64,000 nt of DNA from an uncultured bacterium. GTDB taxonomy: Bacteria > Patescibacteriota > Minisyncoccia > Phycocordibacterales > PALSA-1337. The notes beneath the pieces were generated by a model. It did not search any database and had not been told where the DNA came from. It saw only the letters and a program-made list of their open reading frames with translations. The position numbers and the translations under genes were made by a program. This document shows, in pieces, positions 56,548-64,000 of this stretch. The number at the start of each line of letters is the position of its first letter. Position 1 is the stretch's first letter. The stretch is from contig CAIKAN010000028.1 of NCBI GenBank assembly GCA_903825415.1, positions 3,474-67,473 on the forward strand. The letters are read 5' to 3'.

Positions 56548-57654
56548 ATGTTCGACTTGAATCAAGGCCAGCATATGTCTATCAGTACGGGCACGATCAT
56601 CCGTTTCTTTGTGATAGCCATCCTCTTGGTTGCTCTTTATTATCTATCAAGCGTTGTCCTTGTAGTCTTGTCTGCAGTGGTCTTTGCATCATCTATCGAG
56701 CCGGTTGTTCGCCGATTGAGGCGGTTGAGATTCCATAGGACGGTGGCCGTCGTAACGATATATGTGGTGATATTGTTGTTAGTCGTAGGTATCTTCGTAT
56801 TCTTTATGCCGATGGTCATCAATGACATTTCTTCTTTCTTGAATGATCTGCCAAAGACCATAACCTTAGAGGAACTTTGGAGCCCGATCCGTGATATCGG
56901 GCTGAATTTCGGCCAGATGTCGCAGTCACTATCGACGCACACTATATCGCTGACTGATTTCGTGAATGGCTTGAAGTCCGACATTGGCGGGTCGAGCGCG
57001 AGCGTCTTCCATACGGCCAGCGTCATCTTTGGAGGCCTTCTTTCCCTGATCCTCATCATCGTGCTTTCGTTCTATCTCATAGTCCAGGAGGAGGGGGTCG
57101 ACGATTTCTTGCGCATCGTAACTCCGGTGAGGCGTCACGACTATATCATCAACCTTTGGAAGAGGTCGCAGAGAAAGATCGGTCTTTGGCTTCAAGGCCA
57201 GATACTTCTGGGTATCGTCGTTGGGGTTCTGGTCTACATCGTCCTTGTGATCGTCGGCATTCCTCACGCCCTGTCTCTAGCAGTCTTGGCGGGTCTCTTT
57301 GAGATCATCCCTGTATTCGGGCCGATCATATCTTCTATACCGGCCATCTTGGTAGCCTTTTCAGATAAAGGCGTTGGTACAGGTATTTTGTTGGTGGTGC
57401 TATATTTGGTCATATATCAGCTTGAGAGCCAGCTTTTCTATCCTCTGGTGGTGAGAAAGGTTGTCGGCATCAATCCGGTCGTGGTCATACTCGCTTTGAT
57501 CATCGGCGCAAAATTAGCGGGAGTCTTGGGCGCCTTGATCGCTGTTCCGCTATCCGCAGCTCTCATGGAATATGTGAATGATATCGAGAAACACAAGAAG
57601 GCAGAGGTGGCAGAGAGAGATGGGACTGGCAAACAACCGCTATTGGGATTTTAG
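56548..57654 (+). CDS. AI-2E family transporter
   Basis: WLQGQ, IIPVFGP, YQLES..YP, GVLGALIAVP. Confidence 0.92.
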   Translation: MFDLNQGQHMSISTGTIIRFFVIAILLVALYYLSSVVLVVLSAVVFASSIEPVVRRLRRLRFHRTVAVVTIYVVILLLVVGIFVFFMPMVINDISSFLNDLPKTITLEELWSPIRDIGLNFGQMSQSLSTHTISLTDFVNGLKSDIGGSSASVFHTASVIFGGLLSLILIIVLSFYLIVQEEGVDDFLRIVTPVRRHDYIINLWKRSQRKIGLWLQGQILLGIVVGVLVYIVLVIVGIPHALSLAVLAGLFEIIPVFGPIISSIPAILVAFSDKGVGTGILLVVLYLVIYQLESQLFYPLVVRKVVGINPVVVILALIIGAKLAGVLGALIAVPLSAALMEYVNDIEKHKKAEVAERDGTGKQPLLGF

Positions 57655-57658
57655 TTAA

Positions 57659-57682
57659 GGACTAGCCACTAGTGGCTAGTCC
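57659..57682. repeat. perfect 24 bp palindrome
   Basis: ggactagccactagtggctagtcc. Confidence 0.85.
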
Positions 57683-57728
57683 CTTGCGCGCGCTTGGTTT
57701 TTGGGCCTTTTCCATGTAGACTTTCATC

Positions 57729-59237
57729 ATGTCTAAGGAAACAAAGATGAAGCCTTTCTATATAACTACTACGATTCCGTACGTGAACGCGGAAGCCCAT
57801 ATAGGCCACGCCCTTGAATTTGTCCGTGCGGATATCATCGCGCGCTCAAAGCGATTGTCGGGCTATGAGGTATTTTTTAACACTGGAACCGATGAGCATG
57901 GCATCAAAGTCTTTAAAATAGCTGAACAATTAGGTCTCGAACCACAGGTCTATGTCGATCAGATATCGATTAAATTCAGAGAGATCATGCCTTTATTGGG
58001 TATCAGCGATGATGTGAATTTCATCCGTACTACGGATGCTCATCATATCAAGGCTGCGCAAGAGTTCTGGAATATCGTTAAAAAGAACGGCTATATCTAC
58101 AAGAAAGATTATTCCATAAAATACTGCATCGGTTGCGAGCTGGAGAAGACCGATTCTGAATTGGTGGACGGGCATTGTCCTCTTCATCCGAATCAGGATA
58201 TCGAGATCGTCAAAGAAGAGAATTACTTTTTCAAATTCAGCGCTTTTCAGAGACAGCTACTTGAATTATATTCATCACATCCGAAACTGGTGATCCCTGG
58301 TTCGCGACTGAATGAGATCAGAGCTTTCGTGGAAAGAGGACTGGAAGATTTCAGCATTTCCAGACTGAAGAGCAAAATGCCTTGGGGTGTTCATGTGCCG
58401 GATGATGACCAGCATGTGATGTATGTCTGGTTCGATGCTCTGGTGAATTATATCTCGGCGATAGGTTGGCCAGACGATGTGATTCAAGAAAAAGAAGCCC
58501 CCGGATCATTCAAGAAATGGTGGATAGAGAGCGGCGGGGTAGTGCAATATTGCGGCAAAGACAATCTCCGTCAGCAATCGGCGATGTGGCAGGCAATGCT
58601 CATGGCGGCGGGATTGACGCAGTCGCAGACCATCATCATCGATGGATTTGTGACCGGTGAAGGCGGTATCAAGATGTCGAAGTCTCTGGGCAATGCCGTC
58701 GACCCTCTTGAGATCGTCAGAGAATATGGCGCCGACGTCTTCCGATATTATGTGGCTCGTGAGCTTTCTCCCTTTGAAGACAGCCCATTTACGGTTGATA
58801 AATTCAAGGAAGCCTACAATGCTCATCTGGCGAATGGTTTAGGCAATCTAGTGAGCCGGGTCATGAAGATGGCTACCGCGAATGGTATAGCGCTCTATGA
58901 AGGAGATAAGTCTCGATCAGATTTCTCCAGCACAGACGAGGGGGTGGCTGCGATCAAGGGGTATGGAGAAGGCTTCAATGGATTCGATCTGCAAAGCGCT
59001 TCGAATGTGATCTGGAGCTTGATATCGAAAGCGGATTCGATCATCCAAGAGCGCCAGCCTTTCAAGAAGATAAAGACGGATCGAGCAGAAGCGGAGAGAG
59101 ATATCCTTGAATTGTTGGGCCGCCTTGAATTTATCGCCAAATCATTGTTACCTATAATGCCTGAAACAGCGCGCAAGATCATCGAACTCATTCGGAAAAA
59201 TGAAATGCCAGCATCTCCGCTATTCGCAAGGAAATGA
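57729..59237 (+). CDS. metG: methionine--tRNA ligase
   Basis: YITTTIPYVN..HIGH, TGTDEHG, YVWFDAL, KMSKS. Confidence 0.97.
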   Translation: MSKETKMKPFYITTTIPYVNAEAHIGHALEFVRADIIARSKRLSGYEVFFNTGTDEHGIKVFKIAEQLGLEPQVYVDQISIKFREIMPLLGISDDVNFIRTTDAHHIKAAQEFWNIVKKNGYIYKKDYSIKYCIGCELEKTDSELVDGHCPLHPNQDIEIVKEENYFFKFSAFQRQLLELYSSHPKLVIPGSRLNEIRAFVERGLEDFSISRLKSKMPWGVHVPDDDQHVMYVWFDALVNYISAIGWPDDVIQEKEAPGSFKKWWIESGGVVQYCGKDNLRQQSAMWQAMLMAAGLTQSQTIIIDGFVTGEGGIKMSKSLGNAVDPLEIVREYGADVFRYYVARELSPFEDSPFTVDKFKEAYNAHLANGLGNLVSRVMKMATANGIALYEGDKSRSDFSSTDEGVAAIKGYGEGFNGFDLQSASNVIWSLISKADSIIQERQPFKKIKTDRAEAERDILELLGRLEFIAKSLLPIMPETARKIIELIRKNEMPASPLFARK

Positions 59238-59254
59238 TCATTTTAGAACTCAGC

Positions 59255-59320
59255 ACATATCGTTTCTTTGGATCAAGCAAAATCGCCTCCGCCAATTGCA
59301 ACCATATCGAAAACGCCTTC
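59255..59320. repeat. partial copy of palindromic family A
   Basis: aaaatcgcctccgccaattgcaaccatatc. Confidence 0.7.
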
Positions 59321-59339
59321 CAATTTACTTCATAGTCAA

Positions 59340-60158
59340 ATGAAATACATCGATATCCACAGCCACATAAATTTTGCCGCTTATGATGCCGATAGGGAGG
59401 CGGTGATAGAGCGCGCACGGAATGCGGGCGTCGCCATGATAGATATCGGCACGAATCTGGAAACCTCAAAGAAGGCGGTGGAATTGGCGGAGAAGCATCC
59501 TGACCTTTACGCGACTGTAGGATTGCATCCTGTGCACACTTCAAGTCATCCCCATCCTGATCCGCATGAATCAGTGGAGGCGGGCGATGGCTTCTTCGAG
59601 GTGCCTGATATGGACGCCTATAGGGCATTGGCTGCCAAAGATAAGGTCGTTGCGATCGGCGAATGCGGGCTGGATTTTTTTCATCTTGATGAAGATCAGA
59701 CATCGCTTCAAAAGAAAGTATTTGAATCGATGGCAGACCTTTCCTTGGAAGTTAACAAACCATTGATGCTTCATTTGAGGAGCGAATCTGGCCGTTCGGC
59801 CTATAATGAAGCATTCGATATCTTGAAATCCAAACCGGGTATCGCTGGCAACCTGCATTTCTATGCAGGGAGCATTGAAGAGGCGAAACCATTTTTGGAT
59901 ATGGGATTTACTTTTTCGTTTACAGGAGTTATCACTTTTGCCAGGAATTATGACGAAGTCATCAAGTATCTGCCGATGGATAGTATAATGTCCGAGACCG
60001 ATTGCCCTTATGTGGCTCCGAAGCCATATCGTGGGAAAAGGAATGAGCCGGCTTATGTCATTGAAGTTGTCAGGGCTTTGGCGGGGATAAAAGGAGTAGA
60101 TGAAGCTGTTATGGCAGGGCAGATCATGGAAAATGCGAAGAGGGTATTCGGAGTGTAA
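59340..60158 (+). CDS. tatD: TatD family DNase
   Basis: IDIHSH, VGLHP, IGECGLD, SETDCPY. Confidence 0.93.
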   Translation: MKYIDIHSHINFAAYDADREAVIERARNAGVAMIDIGTNLETSKKAVELAEKHPDLYATVGLHPVHTSSHPHPDPHESVEAGDGFFEVPDMDAYRALAAKDKVVAIGECGLDFFHLDEDQTSLQKKVFESMADLSLEVNKPLMLHLRSESGRSAYNEAFDILKSKPGIAGNLHFYAGSIEEAKPFLDMGFTFSFTGVITFARNYDEVIKYLPMDSIMSETDCPYVAPKPYRGKRNEPAYVIEVVRALAGIKGVDEAVMAGQIMENAKRVFGV

Positions 60159-60324
60159 GCGGAGGTCAGACCTCCGCGGAAATTTTATCCTTTTTTTATC
60201 AGAAATTCAGCGTTTTTTCATAATGATCTGATACACTTTGAATAGCTTTGTGTATGATTGTTCACAGTAACAATTCTTGCGCAAAGCAGCGTTCCGTGAT
60301 AGTCTCATTTCATTATAAGTAATC

Positions 60325-60376
60325 GTGATCAGTCCCTGTCCTAGGCGGGGTTCCGAGCATCATGGCGAGGATCACT
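60325..60376 (+). promoter_or_regulatory. possible S6:S18 leader structure
   Basis: gtgatc...gatcac stem enclosing a CCG, directly upstream of rpsF. Confidence 0.35.
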
Positions 60377-60389
60377 GGTCGCATACAAA

Positions 60390-60905
60390 ATGAACGAAAC
60401 TACCAACGAGCGCGCGTCCGTTTATGAAGTCAGCTATCTCATCGCTGATTCGGTGCCTGAGGAGAAGGTCCAGACCGAGTCTGATGCGGTCAAGAAGATT
60501 GTCCTCGATTCGGGGGCGACGGTGATAGCCGAGGAGAATCCTCATCGGGAGAGCTTGGCTTATTCTATCCGCAAGAAGACCGTATCGGGTGCTTATGATT
60601 CTTATGATAAGGCGTATTTCGGCTGGATCAAATTCGAGGTCGGATCTGACAAAGTCGAAGCTATACGCAAGTCTGTAGAGCTATACCCAGCAGTCTTGAG
60701 GGCGCTAGTCATATCGACAGTCCGTGAGAATACCTATCTGGGAAAGAGGGCAACTATGATCGCGGCATCATTCGCTCCCAAGATGGATACTCTGGTCACC
60801 AGAGCTGAAGTCAAAGAGGAAAAGAAAGAGCCCAAGAAAGAGGTCGTTCACGCTTCTGTCGAGGATATGGACAAGAGCATCGATGAGATGGTCAAGGAGT
60901 CATAG
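60390..60905 (+). CDS. rpsF: 30S ribosomal protein S6
   Basis: YEVSYLI, LAYSIRK, AVLRALVI; position before ssb-rpsR. Confidence 0.88.
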   Translation: MNETTNERASVYEVSYLIADSVPEEKVQTESDAVKKIVLDSGATVIAEENPHRESLAYSIRKKTVSGAYDSYDKAYFGWIKFEVGSDKVEAIRKSVELYPAVLRALVISTVRENTYLGKRATMIAASFAPKMDTLVTRAEVKEEKKEPKKEVVHASVEDMDKSIDEMVKES

Positions 60906-60959
60906 TAGTTATAAAAATATCGGTCAGTCAGGCCGATATCTAGTGGGCGATCACAATAT

Positions 60960-61427
60960 ATGTATCTAAACAAAGTGTTCATTATAGGGAATCTGACTCG
61001 CGATCCTGAGCTCAAGGCACTGCCTTCAGGGAGCAAGGTCTGCAGTTTCGGAGTCGCTACCAATCGCGTCTTCAAGGACAAGGAGGGCGCCAAGCAAGAA
61101 TTGACAGAATTCCACAATATCTCAGCCTTCAACAAGCTCGGGGAATTGTCTGGACAATATCTCAAGAAAGGCCAGCAGGTATTGATCGAGGGAAGGATAC
61201 AGACTCGTTCATGGGATGGACAAGATGGACAAAAGAGGTATCGCACTGAGATCATTGCCGACAATATCCAGTTCGGCCCCAAGGGCACAGGGTCCGGCAG
61301 CTCAGCAGGAGCTTCATCGTCACAGGCTCCATCTTCTGGAAAGAATACCGAGATGCCAGCTTCGGAACCTGGAGAGAAGATCGATTATCCGCAAGAAGAG
61401 ATCAATCCAGACGATATACCATTTTAA
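60960..61427 (+). CDS. ssb: single-stranded DNA-binding protein
   Basis: LNKVFIIGNLTRDPE ... DDIPF. Confidence 0.98.
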   Translation: MYLNKVFIIGNLTRDPELKALPSGSKVCSFGVATNRVFKDKEGAKQELTEFHNISAFNKLGELSGQYLKKGQQVLIEGRIQTRSWDGQDGQKRYRTEIIADNIQFGPKGTGSGSSAGASSSQAPSSGKNTEMPASEPGEKIDYPQEEINPDDIPF

Positions 61428-61461
61428 TCAAATAGCAGCATAAACCATAATCAGCAATCAT

Positions 61462-61665
61462 ATGAAAAAGCAATGTTATTTCAGCCAGCATAATATCAAG
61501 TATATAGATTACAAGGATACAGAGATCCTCAAGCGCTTCATCAATCCGCATGGCCGCATTGTGAGCCGCAAAAGGACAGGCATCTCAGCCAAGTTCCAGA
61601 GGCAATTGGCTACAGCTATCAAGCGCGCTCGTTTCATGGGTCTTATCCCATACGTAGCGAATTAG
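61462..61665 (+). CDS. rpsR: 30S ribosomal protein S18
   Basis: [24 protein letters not shown]. Confidence 0.97.
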   Translation: MKKQCYFSQHNIKYIDYKDTEILKRFINPHGRIVSRKRTGISAKFQRQLATAIKRARFMGLIPYVAN

Positions 61666-61684
61666 TGGGGTTACGTTGCATGTA

Positions 61685-61839
61685 AAATCCCCTCACATAT
61701 TCTTTCTTTGGGTATGGCAAGGTCGCCTGCGCCAATTGCAACCGTATCTTGCCTTACCGGAGGCGTCAAGATACGGGCAATTGTTGCTTCGGCTCAGATC
61801 ACATTGCCATACCCAAAGAAAGAATATGTGAGGGGATTT
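61685..61839. repeat. palindromic repeat family A
   Basis: Perfect 36 bp inverted arms 61685-61720 / 61804-61839. Confidence 0.92.
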
Positions 61840-61848
61840 CGTGTTGCT

Positions 61849-62415
61849 TTAAACCCTCTCTCGATATTCTCCGGTCTCTGTATTGATCCTGATAACATCT
61901 CCTTTGTTGACGAAGAGGGGAGCGTTGATGGTTGCACCAGTCTCCAAGGTGATGACTTTGCTGCCGCCTGTCGCGGTATCTCCTTTGATGCTTGGGGGAG
62001 CATCGACTACCTTGAGGTCGGCGGTGATAGGAAACTTGAAACCCATAGGCCTTTCTTGGAAGAGTAATTGAGTCACGACGGTATTGGCGGTAAGGAATCG
62101 GCCTCTTTCACCGATGACTTCTTCGTTGACATTGAAGCGCTTTGAAGGATCTGTAGGGTCTGCGAACCAGTATTCTCCGCGGCTGTTATAGAGATATTTC
62201 AGCTCTCGCGAATCGATCTCGGCCTCTTCGATCTTCTCTGATTGATGGAATGAGTATTCTGTGACTTTGCCAGTCATGAGGTTCTTGAGCTTGGTGGCAT
62301 TGACCGGCTTCCTCTGTTGCTTGCGGAAAACATGAGAAGTGATGACTTCATAGGGTTGACCGTCAAGGACGATGTATTTCTTTTCTGTGACTTCGTTGTA
62401 TTCAAGTAAAGACAT
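61849..62415 (-). CDS. efp: elongation factor P
   Basis: KGDTATGGSK..TLETG..INAPLFVNKGD..INTETGEY. Confidence 0.93.
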   Translation of the reverse strand: MSLLEYNEVTEKKYIVLDGQPYEVITSHVFRKQQRKPVNATKLKNLMTGKVTEYSFHQSEKIEEAEIDSRELKYLYNSRGEYWFADPTDPSKRFNVNEEVIGERGRFLTANTVVTQLLFQERPMGFKFPITADLKVVDAPPSIKGDTATGGSKVITLETGATINAPLFVNKGDVIRINTETGEYRERV

Positions 62416-62584
62416 AGTTTAAGCATTCTATAGGAGTTTGACGGAAAAAGCAAAAACATTAATTCCATTCTAGTTTCGTTTCACAACGCGCACATCTGAT
62501 CCGTACCCCCCATAAGGTGGACACGGTACAGTGCTTTTTAGTTGTATTCTGTAATGTTTCAACCTGTTGGACGGCATCTTAATT

Positions 62585-64000
62585 ATGAAAAACTCACAAA
62601 AAGTCATCGCACCCATTATCATGGTTCTTATCGTTGCGGTTATTCTTGGCGGGGTGTATCTTCTCGTCAGACAGCAAGGAAATAAAAAGACAGAAGTGCC
62701 TATCATATCCGCCGATGTTTTTAAAAATGCCGTATATCGCATTGTTTTTCCTGGTAAAGATGTCACTCCTCCAAGGGAATTTACGATGATTGATGGTTTT
62801 GCTCAGAATATTGACAAGGTCGAAGGTGGTTGTAACATTGTTGATGCCATTTCCAATAAATATCTCCATCCAGATTCTAAAGAACTTTTGGTCGCCACGA
62901 TTGATCAAAGTGGAAATAAAGGCGTGGTCGCTGTCTATTGCAATTACGGCGCAAGTGCTAATGATATATTTTTTGTTGCATTTAAAAACTTGAACGGCGT
63001 TCCTGCGCAAACTGACGCGGTTGATCTTCGAAAGCATCCTGATTTGCAATCTCGCAACCTTTATCGAGTTGGTGTAAAACAAATCGCTCTTGACGCAAAT
63101 GGAGTGCTTACGGTTACCGCACTCGTTGTACCGGATGCGCTTCGTAACGCACCGGGTGTTCAACAAAATGCGAGTGAATCGGTCGCTATTAGTTATAGTC
63201 TGGACAATCAAGGGAAACTTATATCTACCCCAACGTTAACTATCGATTCAACTAATCAGAAAATCCTTAGCAGTTTAGTAACTAATTGGAAAAAGATTGG
63301 TCATGATATTATTCCCGGTTTTCCTGATCCAAGCAAAACTTTTTATGGCTATCCATATATAATCCAATTCATAGGAAACAATCGCATTGTTATCGCGTAC
63401 GAAAATGATTCTAATCCTCTTTTTGCTGTATTGAGTTATGATCCCGCTCAACAAAAGTTTTCTTATCTTGACAAACACGGGTCTCCTGATTTTGAGCTTA
63501 ATGAAACACTCTGGAATGTCTGGAGAAATAAATATGGTGACATTTCCGTTACCCCGCAGTCCTATAAGTATTCTTCAACGAGAACCGGAGACGCTGTTAT
63601 TTTGTCTGATTGGAAACCGATCATTGAAAACCCTTTTGCTTCTTTACCCTCTCCCGCCGTAACGACTGATTGGAAAACATACACAAATGAGAAATATGGT
63701 TTTTCAGTTCAATATCCAACAGGAACCCAGATAGATCTGAGTGATACAAGTAGCAAAAAAGTAGGCTTTCAGCCAATCACAACAAAAGGTAATTTGAGTA
63801 TAGATGTTATACAATCATCAGCGAATTGCTTTGATACTACTTCTGGTGCAGATCCAACATATAAAACAATCGGTGGTATTAATTTTACAGTGTGGAGTGA
63901 GAGTAAGGGATATAGTACCGGATCAGACACTTGGGCTTCAGCTGTGCGGTATTGCACAGCTCGTAACGGCTACGAATATAATCTGATCGCTAAACTCTCA
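62585..64000 (+). CDS. membrane-anchored surface protein with a PsbP-like CPR motif (partial, runs off the window; not in the ORF track)
   Basis: ATG 62585 MKNSQKVIAPIIMVLIVAVILGG...; same frame reads DWKTYTNEKYGFSVQYP at ~63670. Confidence 0.8.
   Translation, partial: MKNSQKVIAPIIMVLIVAVILGGVYLLVRQQGNKKTEVPIISADVFKNAVYRIVFPGKDVTPPREFTMIDGFAQNIDKVEGGCNIVDAISNKYLHPDSKELLVATIDQSGNKGVVAVYCNYGASANDIFFVAFKNLNGVPAQTDAVDLRKHPDLQSRNLYRVGVKQIALDANGVLTVTALVVPDALRNAPGVQQNASESVAISYSLDNQGKLISTPTLTIDSTNQKILSSLVTNWKKIGHDIIPGFPDPSKTFYGYPYIIQFIGNNRIVIAYENDSNPLFAVLSYDPAQQKFSYLDKHGSPDFELNETLWNVWRNKYGDISVTPQSYKYSSTRTGDAVILSDWKPIIENPFASLPSPAVTTDWKTYTNEKYGFSVQYPTGTQIDLSDTSSKKVGFQPITTKGNLSIDVIQSSANCFDTTSGADPTYKTIGGINFTVWSESKGYSTGSDTWASAVRYCTARNGYEYNLIAKLS

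Noticed and set aside
62594-63957. Several minus-strand and short plus-strand ORFs listed in the track
   Set aside because: They are shadows of one long plus-strand gene starting at 62585 that runs off the window end
3704-64000. Additional VR copies, tRNA or rRNA genes, IS transposases
   Set aside because: None recognised by eye; a tRNAscan/BLAST check could still find diverged ones

Overview
Bacterial chromosomal window with the hallmarks of a Patescibacteria/CPR (Parcubacteria-like) genome: rplK without rplA, rpsF-ssb-rpsR without rplI, a single-subunit GlyRS, an IleRS with an inserted domain and CPR-type surface proteins. Bases 1-3.8 kb look like the end of an accessory island and carry a complete diversity-generating retroelement (DGR). 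Its parts are a target gene (852-1583) with VR 1424-1537, TR 1901-2014 (17 mismatches, all at TR adenines), an RT (2421-3416) and an avd on the minus strand that the ORF track missed. The avd start codon sits head-to-head with the RT start, and its frame is reached only by a -1 shift in a C11 run that is followed immediately by a perfect hairpin. The DGR is bracketed by five copies of an unexplained motif (ATAGTGA-N8-GTRGGGTAA), and the non-coding gaps between copies are made of short hairpin units whose 3' arm is duplicated about 11 bp downstream. The rest is mostly housekeeping: alpha-2-macroglobulin/PBP1C, ahpC, hisI/hisG, folD, secE-nusG-rplK, folA/dcd/thyA/glyA, argS, ileS, recO, glyQS, metG, tatD, rpsF-ssb-rpsR and efp. 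It also holds several promoter + structured RNA + terminator units, dispersed repeat families that insert in-frame into genes, and a second island (45.4-51 kb, minus strand) encoding a nucleotidyltransferase and a DEDDh exonuclease among repeated structured leader motifs. All calls are by-eye readings; no searches were run.
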